64,000 nucleotides of DNA from an uncultured SAR86 cluster bacterium (lineage in GTDB: Bacteria > Pseudomonadota > Gammaproteobacteria > Magnimaribacterales > D2472). The notes below the pieces were generated by a model that ran no database searches, was not told the DNA's origin, and saw only the letters and a program-made list of their open reading frames with translations. Of the stretch, positions 18,861 through 28,213 are shown piece by piece. A program made the translations under genes and the position numbers. The first letter of the stretch is position 1. Every line of letters starts with the position of its first letter. The stretch lies in NCBI GenBank assembly GCA_902586925.1, contig CACIJE010000001.1:78104-142103 (forward strand). Direction: 5' to 3'.

Positions 18861-19877
18861 TTATCCCCTAATATTTTTTAATTTTGCTCTAATATTTTTT
18901 ATTTTTTCACTACTTTGGATCTCATCCCAATTCATATCACTTTTTTTCTTCAAAATTGATAATTTGCTTGATGGTTCTATTTCGCTATTATTTAAATAAC
19001 TTATTGTATCTTTTACACCAATCCTATCATTACATATAAGGGCCATATCACATCCAGCATCGAAAGATTTTATTGTTTTGATATAACAATTTTCATCACC
19101 AGAACCTTTCATTGAGAGATCATCACTAAATATTAAGCCAGTGAACTCAAGTTTATTTTTTAAAATGTCCTGAAGCCAAGTTTTAGAAAAACTTGGTAAT
19201 TTCTCATCAACATCTGGAAAAAATACATGTGCACACATAACGGCATCCAACTTATTTTTTAATTTAATGTAAGGTTTTATATCTGAATTCAATAGATCAG
19301 AAAAGGTCCTTTTATCTTCAACAAGATTGAAATGACTATCCTCAAATATTCCTCCATGACCAGGAAAATGTTTACCAGTTGCTGACATGCCAGCTTGATG
19401 CATCCCATCAATAAAATTAGATGAAAATTCTATTACTTCATCAACTTCATTTGAAAAAGCTCTGTCTCCTATTACGCTTGATGTCTTTTCGTCAATATCT
19501 AATACTGGAGCAAAATTTAAATCAATGCCAACAGCCATGAGCTCTGAAGATATTAACCATGCAGTTTCAGCAAAAATTTCCATATCATCTTCTTCTTTTG
19601 CGTAAACTGCCAGACTTTGCATCGAGGGTATGCCTGTAAAGTCTTTATAAAATCTCTGAACTCTCCCTCCTTCTTGATCAACTGCAATGATTACATTTTT
19701 TTTTATTGCAAATATCTCAATTATCAAACTTTTTAATTGTTCTAAAGTCTCAAAATTTCTTGAAAAAAGTATTATTCCGCCAATGTGTTTATTTGATATA
19801 AGGGCGATGTCATCGTCTGACAAAGTAATTCCCTCTAAATCAATCATCAGTCGTCCATAAAAATCAGTCATAGTCAA
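18861..19877 (-). CDS. nagZ: Beta-N-acetylhexosaminidase (GH3), peptidoglycan recycling
   Basis: GH3 motifs VDQEGGRVQRF and KHFPGHGG...DSH. About 338 aa. Confidence 0.85.
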   Translation of the reverse strand: MTMTDFYGRLMIDLEGITLSDDDIALISNKHIGGIILFSRNFETLEQLKSLIIEIFAIKKNVIIAVDQEGGRVQRFYKDFTGIPSMQSLAVYAKEEDDMEIFAETAWLISSELMAVGIDLNFAPVLDIDEKTSSVIGDRAFSNEVDEVIEFSSNFIDGMHQAGMSATGKHFPGHGGIFEDSHFNLVEDKRTFSDLLNSDIKPYIKLKNKLDAVMCAHVFFPDVDEKLPSFSKTWLQDILKNKLEFTGLIFSDDLSMKGSGDENCYIKTIKSFDAGCDMALICNDRIGVKDTISYLNNSEIEPSSKLSILKKKSDMNWDEIQSSEKIKNIRAKLKNIRG

Positions 19878-20409
19878 TAATTGTTTTAATAGAGAATCCT
19901 TTTTCGCATATTAATTTACTGCCACCTAGTTCTGTTAAATCAATAACACACAAAATTAAAATATTTTCATTTCTTACACTAAAATTTTCAGTCAACAATT
20001 CTGCGCATGCTATTGCAGTTCCACCTGTTGCAACCAAATCATCAACAATTACAATTTTTTGGTTTTTTTTAATATTTGTATTTTGTTGAATTTCAATAGA
20101 AGTACTTCCATATTCGAGATTAAAGCTTTTTTTGAATGTTTTGTTTGGTAATTTACCTGGCTTTCTAGCTAAAACAAAAGGAAGTCCAAGATCTCTTGCG
20201 ATGGTTCCAGCAAAAATAAAACCCCTACTCTCAATACTTGCAATAATATCAGCATTGAATTCTTTCGAAAGCTTAGTTAGCTGATTGCATGTCTTTTTGA
20301 AGGCCTCTGGTGTTTCAATCAAACTTGTTATATCTCTGAACTTAATACCCTTAATTGGAAAATCATTAATAGTTCTCACAGACCTCTTTAAATCTAGAGG
20401 ATCACTCAT
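19864..20409 (-). CDS. apt: Adenine phosphoribosyltransferase
   Basis: FPIKGIKFRDITSL and the PRPP-binding loop VIVDDLVATGGTA. Confidence 0.9.
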   Translation of the reverse strand: MSDPLDLKRSVRTINDFPIKGIKFRDITSLIETPEAFKKTCNQLTKLSKEFNADIIASIESRGFIFAGTIARDLGLPFVLARKPGKLPNKTFKKSFNLEYGSTSIEIQQNTNIKKNQKIVIVDDLVATGGTAIACAELLTENFSVRNENILILCVIDLTELGGSKLICEKGFSIKTIIDYD

Positions 20410-21212
20410 TTATCTTTCCAACTTGGATCTCTTTTTTCCAAAAAAGAGTTTATACCTTCAATAGCATCTTCCTTCAGCATATTTTGCGTCATTACCTCTG
20501 AGGTATATTTGTATGCATCCTCAAGACTAAGTTCGAGTTGTTTATAAAAAGCTTTTTTACCAATTTTTATTATGGGCTGTGACTTTTTAGAGATTTTTTC
20601 AGCCAGATTCATTACTGCATCTGTAAGATTTTCAAGCGACACAAAATCATTGATTAAAAAAATTCTTTTAGCCTCTTTAGCATCAATCATATCTCCGGTA
20701 AGTAGCATATTCATAGAATTTTTTTTACTTACATTCCTGGATAATGAAACCATAGGAGTTGAACAAAACAAACCAATGTTTACTCCTGGGGTTGCAAATT
20801 TTGCACATTCAGATGATATTGCTAAATCACATGATGCGACTAACTGGCAACCTGCTGCAGTTGCAATACCACCAACTTCTGCAATAACTGGCTTTGGACT
20901 ATTAACAATTAATTGCATTAATTTAGAGCATTTTTGAAATAAATTTAGAAAGTATAGTTCTTTGTCTTTGTTTTTATCATTAGCGTCTTTAAGGTCTTTT
21001 AAGTCATGTCCTGAACAAAAAACATCTCCAGTTGATCCAATCACTATGACTTTAACTTCTTTATTAATAGATGCATTATCTAGTTCACTGATCAAGTTAT
21101 CCATCATTAATTCTGATAGAGGATTCTTGGTTTCTGGATCGTTAAGAGTTAGACGGAGGATACCTTTTTCATTTAATTCTTTACTTAGAATTTCGTTAGT
21201 TTTTTGTGTCAT
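20406..21212 (-). CDS. Enoyl-CoA hydratase/isomerase family protein
   Basis: Crotonase motif VIVIGSTGDVFCSGHDLKD and C-terminal EGINSFLEKRDPSW. Confidence 0.85.
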   Translation of the reverse strand: MTQKTNEILSKELNEKGILRLTLNDPETKNPLSELMMDNLISELDNASINKEVKVIVIGSTGDVFCSGHDLKDLKDANDKNKDKELYFLNLFQKCSKLMQLIVNSPKPVIAEVGGIATAAGCQLVASCDLAISSECAKFATPGVNIGLFCSTPMVSLSRNVSKKNSMNMLLTGDMIDAKEAKRIFLINDFVSLENLTDAVMNLAEKISKKSQPIIKIGKKAFYKQLELSLEDAYKYTSEVMTQNMLKEDAIEGINSFLEKRDPSWKDK

Positions 21213-21248
21213 AATTTATTTAATGTTAATTGTGTTTAATAGTCCAAT

Positions 21249-21659
21249 CTAATTTTCTAAAATCTTTATAGGACAGCTATCCATAACAAATTTAATACCG
21301 GCCTTTGTAGCTAGTAACTCAGATTTTTTATCTATAATTCCCTCCTGAGTCCAAATAACATCAACACCAATATTTATTGCATTTAAGCAAATATCCATCA
21401 CAAATTCTTTTGAACGAAAAATATCTACCATATCAATCCTGTGTTCAATTTCATTTAAATTTGAGTAGCACCTTTTGCCAAGAATTGTATTATTAAGTTC
21501 ATTCGGGTTAACAGGGAAAACTTGATATCCCTTTTCAATTAGATATTTCATTACTTTAAAGCTATCTTTTTTAGGATTTGAACTTGCCCCTACAAGAGCA
21601 ATCGTATTTACTTTAGAGAGAATTTTTTTTAAGTAAGATTTTGAATAGTTAATAGGCAT
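21249..21659 (-). CDS. CoA-binding domain protein (YccU-like)
   Basis: TIALVGASSNPKKDSFKVMKYL...GYQVFPVNP. About 136 aa. Confidence 0.75.
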   Translation of the reverse strand: MPINYSKSYLKKILSKVNTIALVGASSNPKKDSFKVMKYLIEKGYQVFPVNPNELNNTILGKRCYSNLNEIEHRIDMVDIFRSKEFVMDICLNAINIGVDVIWTQEGIIDKKSELLATKAGIKFVMDSCPIKILEN

Positions 21660-21688
21660 TTATATTCTTATATTCAGTCATCATAAAA

Positions 21689-22615
21689 TTAAAACTCTTC
21701 AAGTTCGTTTGTTTCAATGTTATAAACTTTTAAACCTCTCATATCTTCTATTATACGATTCGGCTGAATATAATCTAAAACACCTTTTTTATCTCTACTA
21801 ATTCTAAAATTAGCATCAACATATTCTGCTGAAAGATCAACTTTATTAATAAGTTCTGATTTATTGCTTTTAATAAAATATGCATTATTTCTTGCTAAAT
21901 TAGATCCAATAAAAATATATCCTTTGTCTAGCATAGAATTATTCAAGGCCGCCAATGAGGCTCCAAAAAATAAACCGCAATGATGATTTTTAAATCTGTT
22001 AAAGGATTCGTCATAAGGAACTGTTATTTTTCTTTCATGGCCAAATATATAATTATATTCAAGTATAACTACTTCAGGAGATAGTAAATCAAAATCAATC
22101 TCATTCAAAATCCAATAATCGTTACCATCAAGATCAATGTGCAAGAGGCCAATGTTAGATTTCACTTCTGAAGAAATAATGTTCATGATATTGTCTTTGG
22201 TTATGAATTCATTAATTGCTTTTAGGTTATATCTTGAATAAATGCTCGAATTTTTGACTCTTCGTATGTGTTTTTCTGATCCATCTATCACCAAACCTTT
22301 CCAATTATTGTTAACCATTAAAAAATGACAGTTGCTTTCATAAAAATCTGCTACACCAAATTCGATAAAATATTTATTAGTTATACCAATAGTGTTTACT
22401 AAAAATTGTATTATTCCATCGTCTCCAAACTGCGAATAAACCTTAAATTCTTTATCTTCAATTCTACCTGAAGTCTTTATTGATGAATTCCAATCTTCTG
22501 AGGCCATTAAATTTTTTGCCTGTAAGATTAATCCTTCGTCTTCCCAAGATCTTGTTAATAATTTCAAAGAAGCGACTATCTTGCTTAAAAAATAGAAAAT
22601 TTGTTCTTTTATCAT
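21689..22615 (-). CDS. FkbM-like methyltransferase (putative)
   Basis: YFIEFGVADFYESN (motif I-like) and IGLLHIDLDGNDYWIL, which resembles the FkbM signature DxLKIDxEGxE. GGGGAG ribosome-binding site upstream. Confidence 0.4.
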   Translation of the reverse strand: MIKEQIFYFLSKIVASLKLLTRSWEDEGLILQAKNLMASEDWNSSIKTSGRIEDKEFKVYSQFGDDGIIQFLVNTIGITNKYFIEFGVADFYESNCHFLMVNNNWKGLVIDGSEKHIRRVKNSSIYSRYNLKAINEFITKDNIMNIISSEVKSNIGLLHIDLDGNDYWILNEIDFDLLSPEVVILEYNYIFGHERKITVPYDESFNRFKNHHCGLFFGASLAALNNSMLDKGYIFIGSNLARNNAYFIKSNKSELINKVDLSAEYVDANFRISRDKKGVLDYIQPNRIIEDMRGLKVYNIETNELEEF

Positions 22616-22721
22616 TATTTATTCTCCCCAGAATAATGTCGTAAAACTTAACTTAAATTTCCTTCGAATTGTACTCCATTTAAGTTATTTGATGAAGAAA
22701 TCATGCGTTTAGAGCTTGTAA

Positions 22722-23909
22722 TTACCTTTTATTTAATAAGCCTAGTTGATTTATATCATCAATGTAATTAAGTTTTTCAGAGTAAATTTTTAGACAATCT
22801 CCATCATTAAAACCAAATAAATCGAGAGAACAAACTATTTTGTTGGCAAAAAAAGTTGCAAACCATAGCACTGTTGAAGTATCACCAATAATAATTGAGG
22901 AATCAGATATTATTTTAAAAGCCGGAGTATTTCTTGATAAAATTTCAATATCTGGAACTTTTTCAGAAACTTTAATGAAAACATCTTCTATAAACTTATC
23001 TTTAACGCCTGGATGGAATTTAATTTGAATTTTATGATCTGGATAATTTTTTTTAAGTTCCATGATAATATCTAACCAATCTGCATCCAAATTCTTTTTA
23101 AACGTACCCCATGTTGGAAAAATTGAAATTAATGGAGATTTATTAACACAATCATCAAAAAAATAAGAATATATCTCTTGCAAATTATTTTCAAATTCTA
23201 ATTTAGTCAAATTAAATTTTAAGCCTTGAAAGAATTCATTCATATAGTCAATAACATTTTCATCAAAAAAAATAATTTGATCTTGATCATTTAAACAAAA
23301 ACCTTTATCGATGAATTTATTTGCATAGGAATATTTTGGATAATATGGGTTTGTCCATGGAGCAAAGGTATTCCCAAACGTTAATAATGGCAATAACTTA
23401 AAAGCAATGAGGAATTTTAAACTAACTTTTAGTTTCATAATTTGTCTAATTAATATTTCTGGGAAAAACTTAACTTTAAAATTTTGAACCAGAATATTTA
23501 TTTTAATTTCAGCTTCCTTTGGATAAGAATTGACATCTCTTGCCACTTGAAAATATGTTCTTTTAGCATCTGGTTGAATTCTTTTTGATAATAAAACGAG
23601 TGCATAACTATAAACATATGAAGGATCATGAGTATAAATCTCTGAAAATTCATAACTCATAAGAACCTTGGATATTGTTTTTTTTAAACTAGAGTAATTT
23701 TTAAATGAATTTTTTTCTTCAATAAAAAAAATATCTTTAATTTTAGGTAGACTTTTTATCTTTGAGAAATATTTGTTATCTTTGTAACTACTGTCTAAAA
23801 TTAAAATAATTTCATTCTTTTTAATCAAGTTCCATATGAGCATTATTGGAATAAAAAAGAAATGATGAATTGGTCCTGGATGAAATAATATATATTTTTT
23901 TTTATTCAT
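22722..23909 (-). CDS. Hypothetical protein, possibly a GT-B-fold glycosyl-/glycerophospho-transferase-like enzyme
   Basis: I recognise only the C-terminal IQIKFHPGVKD...IIIGDTSTVLWFA pattern, reminiscent of TagF/capsule-synthesis-type GT-B enzymes. No firm family assignment. Confidence 0.25.
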   Translation of the reverse strand: MNKKKYILFHPGPIHHFFFIPIMLIWNLIKKNEIILILDSSYKDNKYFSKIKSLPKIKDIFFIEEKNSFKNYSSLKKTISKVLMSYEFSEIYTHDPSYVYSYALVLLSKRIQPDAKRTYFQVARDVNSYPKEAEIKINILVQNFKVKFFPEILIRQIMKLKVSLKFLIAFKLLPLLTFGNTFAPWTNPYYPKYSYANKFIDKGFCLNDQDQIIFFDENVIDYMNEFFQGLKFNLTKLEFENNLQEIYSYFFDDCVNKSPLISIFPTWGTFKKNLDADWLDIIMELKKNYPDHKIQIKFHPGVKDKFIEDVFIKVSEKVPDIEILSRNTPAFKIISDSSIIIGDTSTVLWFATFFANKIVCSLDLFGFNDGDCLKIYSEKLNYIDDINQLGLLNKR

Positions 23910-23923
23910 TACTTAAATCTACT

Positions 23924-25033
23924 TTACTGATTATATTTTTTAATAAAATTGCAAACACTACTTCCTAGAATTTTTTGTGCTTTTTTTTGAAGATGAACAT
24001 GATCATCATACATCTCTAAATTTTTAGGTATTACTTCATCAGCATTTAATATGTATACATTCTTATTATCTTTTGCAAGACTATCCAAAATTGAATAATA
24101 CCTCTCTTGAACATTTAAAAACTGTTTTTTATTTAAACCTATTAGTTGCCATGCAATTTCTGAATCATAAATATTATTATCTTTATCGAGTAGAAGTCCT
24201 TGCTTTATTAAGAGAAATTTTTGACTTGGTGACGACAATTTTATAAGTGCATCGTAGTTGCTTTTAATAATACGTAGTGTTGAATCTATGTCTGAATCAG
24301 TAATATTTATCTTTTTATCTACATTATATGAGCTTTCATAAATGCTATCATTGATATATTTTCTGTATAAAATATTTATATTTCCAAGTAAGTTTGGGAA
24401 TATGCCCAAATCAAGCAGCAACGATTTAAGAGTTAAAGATGAATCAGATGGTATTGCGCTAAATAAAAAATCGTTATTCTCTGTAATGGCGCTAATAAAC
24501 TTAATGTCATTCCATAAATGATAGGTGACAATCCAATCAGTTTTGAAATGAATACCTTTCTGAAGAAATAAGTGTGGTGCATCAAAGATGCTATTTCCTG
24601 GATGAGAAAAGTTAAGATTCTGATATTTAATATCTCGAAATTCATTTATACATTCAACTGCAATAAATGGCCATGCATCTTTGTCGTCATCATGAAAACT
24701 GAATGTAGACGAACCTCCGTAAAAAGCGATGCCGTTTGGATTCGAAATGTCCCAATCAGGCCCCCTGTATCCATACTTATTAAGGCTATACCTTGCATAA
24801 TTTTGTCTTAAATTTGGATTTTTTATATTATGGCCTACGCTGCCTCTTATAATTTCATTAGGTACGTAATGTCCCCTAGTGTGCCCATCTGGAACCCACT
24901 TAGGATCACTTCTGAGATTTATTGGATTAACAATACTTAAGATTAATTCACATAAAAGCAAAGATATTAAAATTGATGCAATAAAAAGACTTATATCTTT
25001 AATCCAATTCATATTGTTCCTCATAATTCTCAA
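23924..25033 (-). CDS. Membrane-anchored SGNH/GDSL-like hydrolase or acyltransferase (putative)
   Basis: N-terminal transmembrane helix. FYGGSSTFSF resembles SGNH block I and DDHVHL resembles block V. The start is uncertain (M1, M4 or M8); every option overlaps the 3' end of the carbamoyltransferase gene. Confidence 0.35.
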   Translation of the reverse strand: MRIMRNNMNWIKDISLFIASILISLLLCELILSIVNPINLRSDPKWVPDGHTRGHYVPNEIIRGSVGHNIKNPNLRQNYARYSLNKYGYRGPDWDISNPNGIAFYGGSSTFSFHDDDKDAWPFIAVECINEFRDIKYQNLNFSHPGNSIFDAPHLFLQKGIHFKTDWIVTYHLWNDIKFISAITENNDFLFSAIPSDSSLTLKSLLLDLGIFPNLLGNINILYRKYINDSIYESSYNVDKKINITDSDIDSTLRIIKSNYDALIKLSSPSQKFLLIKQGLLLDKDNNIYDSEIAWQLIGLNKKQFLNVQERYYSILDSLAKDNKNVYILNADEVIPKNLEMYDDHVHLQKKAQKILGSSVCNFIKKYNQ

Positions 25034-26837
25034 TTAATGATAGATCTTGTTCATCTTTTAAAAGAATATAATTTTCAAATACTAGAATATCTAGTTCCGT
25101 GCCCATAAAACATTTAAATGCATCAGTTGGTGAACAAACAATCGGCTCACCGCGAACATTAAAAGAGGTATTTACTAAAATTGGAAAACCAGTTTTTTCT
25201 TTGAATTTAGATATTAAAGAATGGTATCTTGGATTAGTATCTGCATGGACAGTTTGGATTCTTGCTGAATAATCTACATGAGTTATAGCTGGCACAGATG
25301 AACGAGGAATATTAAGCTTCTCAATACCAAATAAAGCATTTTCTTTATCTGTCATAATTCGACGCTTATCATGTTTTACATTAGCCACCAATAGCATATA
25401 GGGACTATCATTTTGATGCTCAAACCAATCATCAACGTCTTCAACTAGAACGCTTGGAGCAAATGGTCGAAAGCTTTCACGATACTTTACTTTGAGATTA
25501 AGTTGTTTTTGAATAGTTGGTGATCGAGGATCTGCAATAATACTTCTTCCACCAAGAGCTCTTGGTCCAAATTCCATTCTTCCTTGAGCCCAGCCAACAG
25601 CTTTTTGATTAGCTATTTCTGAGGCAACTTTATCTATCAAATCATTATCATTAAGTTTATTATATTTTGCACCACAAGCTTTAAATTCTCCCTCAATTTC
25701 ATCATCTTTAAATTTTGGACCTAAAAAACAACCCTTCATTGAATCTTGTTTGGATGTGATTGTTCTTTTTTTATTTTTATGCAAGTGCCAGGAAGAGAGA
25801 GCAGCACCAAGTGCACCACCTGCATCACCGGCAGCTGGTTGAATCCAAATTTTTTCAAATATCTTTTCACGTGTGAGAATTCCATTAGCTACACAGTTAA
25901 GCGCGACGCCTCCAGCTAAACAGAGGTTTTTTTCACCAGTTTCTTTGGCTATATTTTTTGCAATTTTAAGAATTATTTCTTGAGTAACCTTTTGAATTGA
26001 AGCAGCCAAATCCATTTCTCGCTGCGTCAATTGAGTTTCCGATACACGTGCTGGACCTCCAAATAACTTATCAAACTTTTTATTTGTCATTGTTAAACCA
26101 GTAGCAAAGTCAAAATAGCTCATATCAAGCTGAAAACTTCCATCGGAATTTAATTTGATTAGATTTTCAAATATCAAATCAGCGAAGCGCGGCTCACCAT
26201 AAGGTGCTAAACCCATAACTTTATATTCACCAGAATTTACTTTAAATCCAGTGTAATAAGTAAAAGCTGAATAAAGAAGTCCAAGCGAATGAGGAAAATG
26301 GATTTCTTTAAGAACTTTTAAATCGCTACCATCACCTATGGCAACAGAAGTCGTTGTCCACTCTCCAACACCATCAATAGTTAAAACTGCAGCTCTTTCA
26401 AAAGGAGATGGATAAAAAGCACTTGCGGCATGAGATAGATGATGTTCAGAAAATAATAGACGATCATTCCAATTTATATCCTTATCAAGTACTTTATTAA
26501 ATTCTTTAATAAGAGCAGTCTTTTGAAAAAGCTTGTCTTTGATCCAAATGGGCATTGCCATTGCAAAACTTGAAAAACCCTTTGGAGCATATGCGAGATA
26601 TGTTTCAAGCAGCCTTTCAAATTTTAAGAATGGTTTTTCATAAAAAACTATGTTGTCAATCTCACTAGGACGAATGTTCGCTTGTTTAATACAAAATTCA
26701 ATTGCAAGGTTAGGAAATCCAGAATCATGTTTTTTTCTAGTAAAACGCTCTTCTTGAGCTGCAGCAATTATTTCTCCATTTTTTAGTATGCATGCAGCAC
26801 TGTCGTGGTAAAAAGCAGAAATTCCTAAAATATACAT
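24999..26837 (-). CDS. Carbamoyltransferase, NodU/CmcH/SxtI family
   Basis: MYILGISAFYHDSAACILKNGEIIAAAQEERFTRKKHDSGFP plus a C-terminal YrdC-like/carbamoyltransferase domain. 612 aa. Confidence 0.9.
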   Translation of the reverse strand: MYILGISAFYHDSAACILKNGEIIAAAQEERFTRKKHDSGFPNLAIEFCIKQANIRPSEIDNIVFYEKPFLKFERLLETYLAYAPKGFSSFAMAMPIWIKDKLFQKTALIKEFNKVLDKDINWNDRLLFSEHHLSHAASAFYPSPFERAAVLTIDGVGEWTTTSVAIGDGSDLKVLKEIHFPHSLGLLYSAFTYYTGFKVNSGEYKVMGLAPYGEPRFADLIFENLIKLNSDGSFQLDMSYFDFATGLTMTNKKFDKLFGGPARVSETQLTQREMDLAASIQKVTQEIILKIAKNIAKETGEKNLCLAGGVALNCVANGILTREKIFEKIWIQPAAGDAGGALGAALSSWHLHKNKKRTITSKQDSMKGCFLGPKFKDDEIEGEFKACGAKYNKLNDNDLIDKVASEIANQKAVGWAQGRMEFGPRALGGRSIIADPRSPTIQKQLNLKVKYRESFRPFAPSVLVEDVDDWFEHQNDSPYMLLVANVKHDKRRIMTDKENALFGIEKLNIPRSSVPAITHVDYSARIQTVHADTNPRYHSLISKFKEKTGFPILVNTSFNVRGEPIVCSPTDAFKCFMGTELDILVFENYILLKDEQDLSLIENYEEQYELD

Positions 26838-26846
26838 ATAAGTTTA

Positions 26847-26999
26847 TTAAAAAATAGAATATATAAAAGGTGCTAGAACAGAACCTTCAACAAATATTAA
26901 GAGTCCACCAAGCATTATCATTATTACTATGAGCGGAGCTAGCCATAACTTCTTCCGAACACGAAGAAAGTGCCACATCTCTTTAAGGAAGTCCATCAT
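26847..26999 (-). CDS. Small membrane protein, DUF5989 / SxtK-like (50 aa). Absent from the supplied ORF track.
   Basis: My translation of the minus strand gives MMDFLKEMWHFLRVRKKLWLAPLIVIMIMLGGLLIFVEGSVLAPFIYSIF followed by a stop. It fills the gap between the SxtJ-like and carbamoyltransferase genes, leaving 9-11 nt spacers. The pattern matches my recollection of the DUF5989 consensus. Confidence 0.75.
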   Translation of the reverse strand: MMDFLKEMWHFLRVRKKLWLAPLIVIMIMLGGLLIFVEGSVLAPFIYSIF

Positions 27000-27010
27000 T
27001 TTTACTCATT

Positions 27011-27406
27011 TTAAAATTGTAGTTTGAAGGATTCAGGTTTAATTGAAGTAGAACGGGATATCCAACTAGATTTATTTTTTATTCGTAATCGCAATTCATC
27101 TCTTCCTATTAAACGTAAAAGAAATGCAATAGGAGTTATTATTCCAAAAAATATTATTCCAAGGACAATTGGACGTATTATCATGCCCAACAAATACCCA
27201 AAAATCATCCAAATTTTATTTAAAGGAAGTAAAAGTTTAGGATTTAAAACTGAAATTGTTAAAAAAGCTGTTGTTAGAAATAAAAATATAAAAAACCATT
27301 TCCACGATTCGTTTATAAAAAAATATCCAACAAGAATAAAAAAGATAAATGAAAAAAAATAACCAAATTTTTTATTTGTTGGTAATTTAATATCTGATAA
27401 TTTCAC
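27011..27406 (-). CDS. SxtJ-family membrane protein
   Basis: Multi-transmembrane protein of 131 aa carrying LLPLNKIWMIFGYLLGMIIRPIVLGIIFFGIITPIAFLLRLIGRDELRL, which matches the SxtJ family pattern as I recall it. Confidence 0.75.
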   Translation of the reverse strand: MKLSDIKLPTNKKFGYFFSFIFFILVGYFFINESWKWFFIFLFLTTAFLTISVLNPKLLLPLNKIWMIFGYLLGMIIRPIVLGIIFFGIITPIAFLLRLIGRDELRLRIKNKSSWISRSTSIKPESFKLQF

Positions 27407-27604
27407 TATAAATGTTTATTTTCAAATATATTGATTATGCCATGATCTTAAAAAATTCAACAGATAACCACCACAAAGAGGTAGCGTATTCTGAAGACCG
27501 CATCATTAAAATACTTTTAAAGCACTTTGTACTTAATTTGTATCTGTGGTAACAAAAACATTGTAAAAACATTTACTTACCATCATATTTGTATGAATTT
27601 TTAT

Positions 27605-28213
27605 TCATTTTAAACTTCTTGCAAATTTTCTTACTTTTCGCATATGCTTTTCAAAGTCACTTTTTTTCATATTTGGAAGGACTGAATAGAATCTTAAATA
27701 TTTTGTCTTTAATCCTCCTAGTTGAAATACAGACTTCTTTAGTCTCCTATACGGAATATTGTCAAAAAGAGAAAAGTTAAAGTAAGTAACCATTGGTCCA
27801 CCATAAGTCATTGAAACAATCCCAATTTTACCCTTCATTGCTCCAGCTACTGGATATCCATAATTGCCAAAAAACTTACTATCTGGTAATAGTGATTTGT
27901 ATGTGAAAAACCATGTAGGATGAAGAACCCAATCAATCCAATTCTCTAAGATTACATTCATTCTTAAATTATGACATGCACTCATTAAGAACATTGCATC
28001 GGAGTTTTCTAGCCTTTTTCTGTAATCTAAAACTAATTGTGGTGGAGGATTTATGTCACTTCTATAAAAAGGTAGTTGTTCTTTTTCTTCAAATAGATTA
28101 ATTAAATCAATTTCATGTCCAACTTTTTTTGCTTCTTCAATAAACGTATCTCTAACAGCTGCATTAAATGAATCTTTCGTATTAAAGTGTCCATAAATAA
28201 TGCATATTTTCAT
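27605..28213 (-). CDS. Flavodoxin-like fold NAD(P)H dehydrogenase (quinone) family protein
   Basis: MKICIIYGHFNTKDSFNAAV... is typical of Flavodoxin_2 / NQO-type FMN reductases. 202 aa. Confidence 0.7.
   Translation of the reverse strand: MKICIIYGHFNTKDSFNAAVRDTFIEEAKKVGHEIDLINLFEEKEQLPFYRSDINPPPQLVLDYRKRLENSDAMFLMSACHNLRMNVILENWIDWVLHPTWFFTYKSLLPDSKFFGNYGYPVAGAMKGKIGIVSMTYGGPMVTYFNFSLFDNIPYRRLKKSVFQLGGLKTKYLRFYSVLPNMKKSDFEKHMRKVRKFARSLK

Noticed and set aside
20572-21252. Two plus-strand ORFs (121 and 96 aa) lie antisense to the enoyl-CoA hydratase gene. Many similar 60-110 aa antisense or alternative-frame ORFs appear elsewhere, for example 679..987, 1629..1835, 4649..4900, 15351..15590, 17508..17807, 27024..27362, 31955..32275 and 45351..45653.
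   Set aside because: Each lies entirely inside a gene with clear family motifs, has low-complexity or hydrophobic composition typical of AT-rich shadow frames, and shows no recognisable domain.
27442-27552. A 36-aa plus-strand ORF (MILKNSTDNHHKEVAYSEDRIIKILLKHFVLNLYLW) in the 198-nt gap upstream of the SxtJ-like gene.
   Set aside because: It has no ribosome-binding site and no recognisable motif, and it lies on the strand opposite to all neighbouring genes. The gap more likely holds the terminator and promoter signals of the flanking minus-strand genes.
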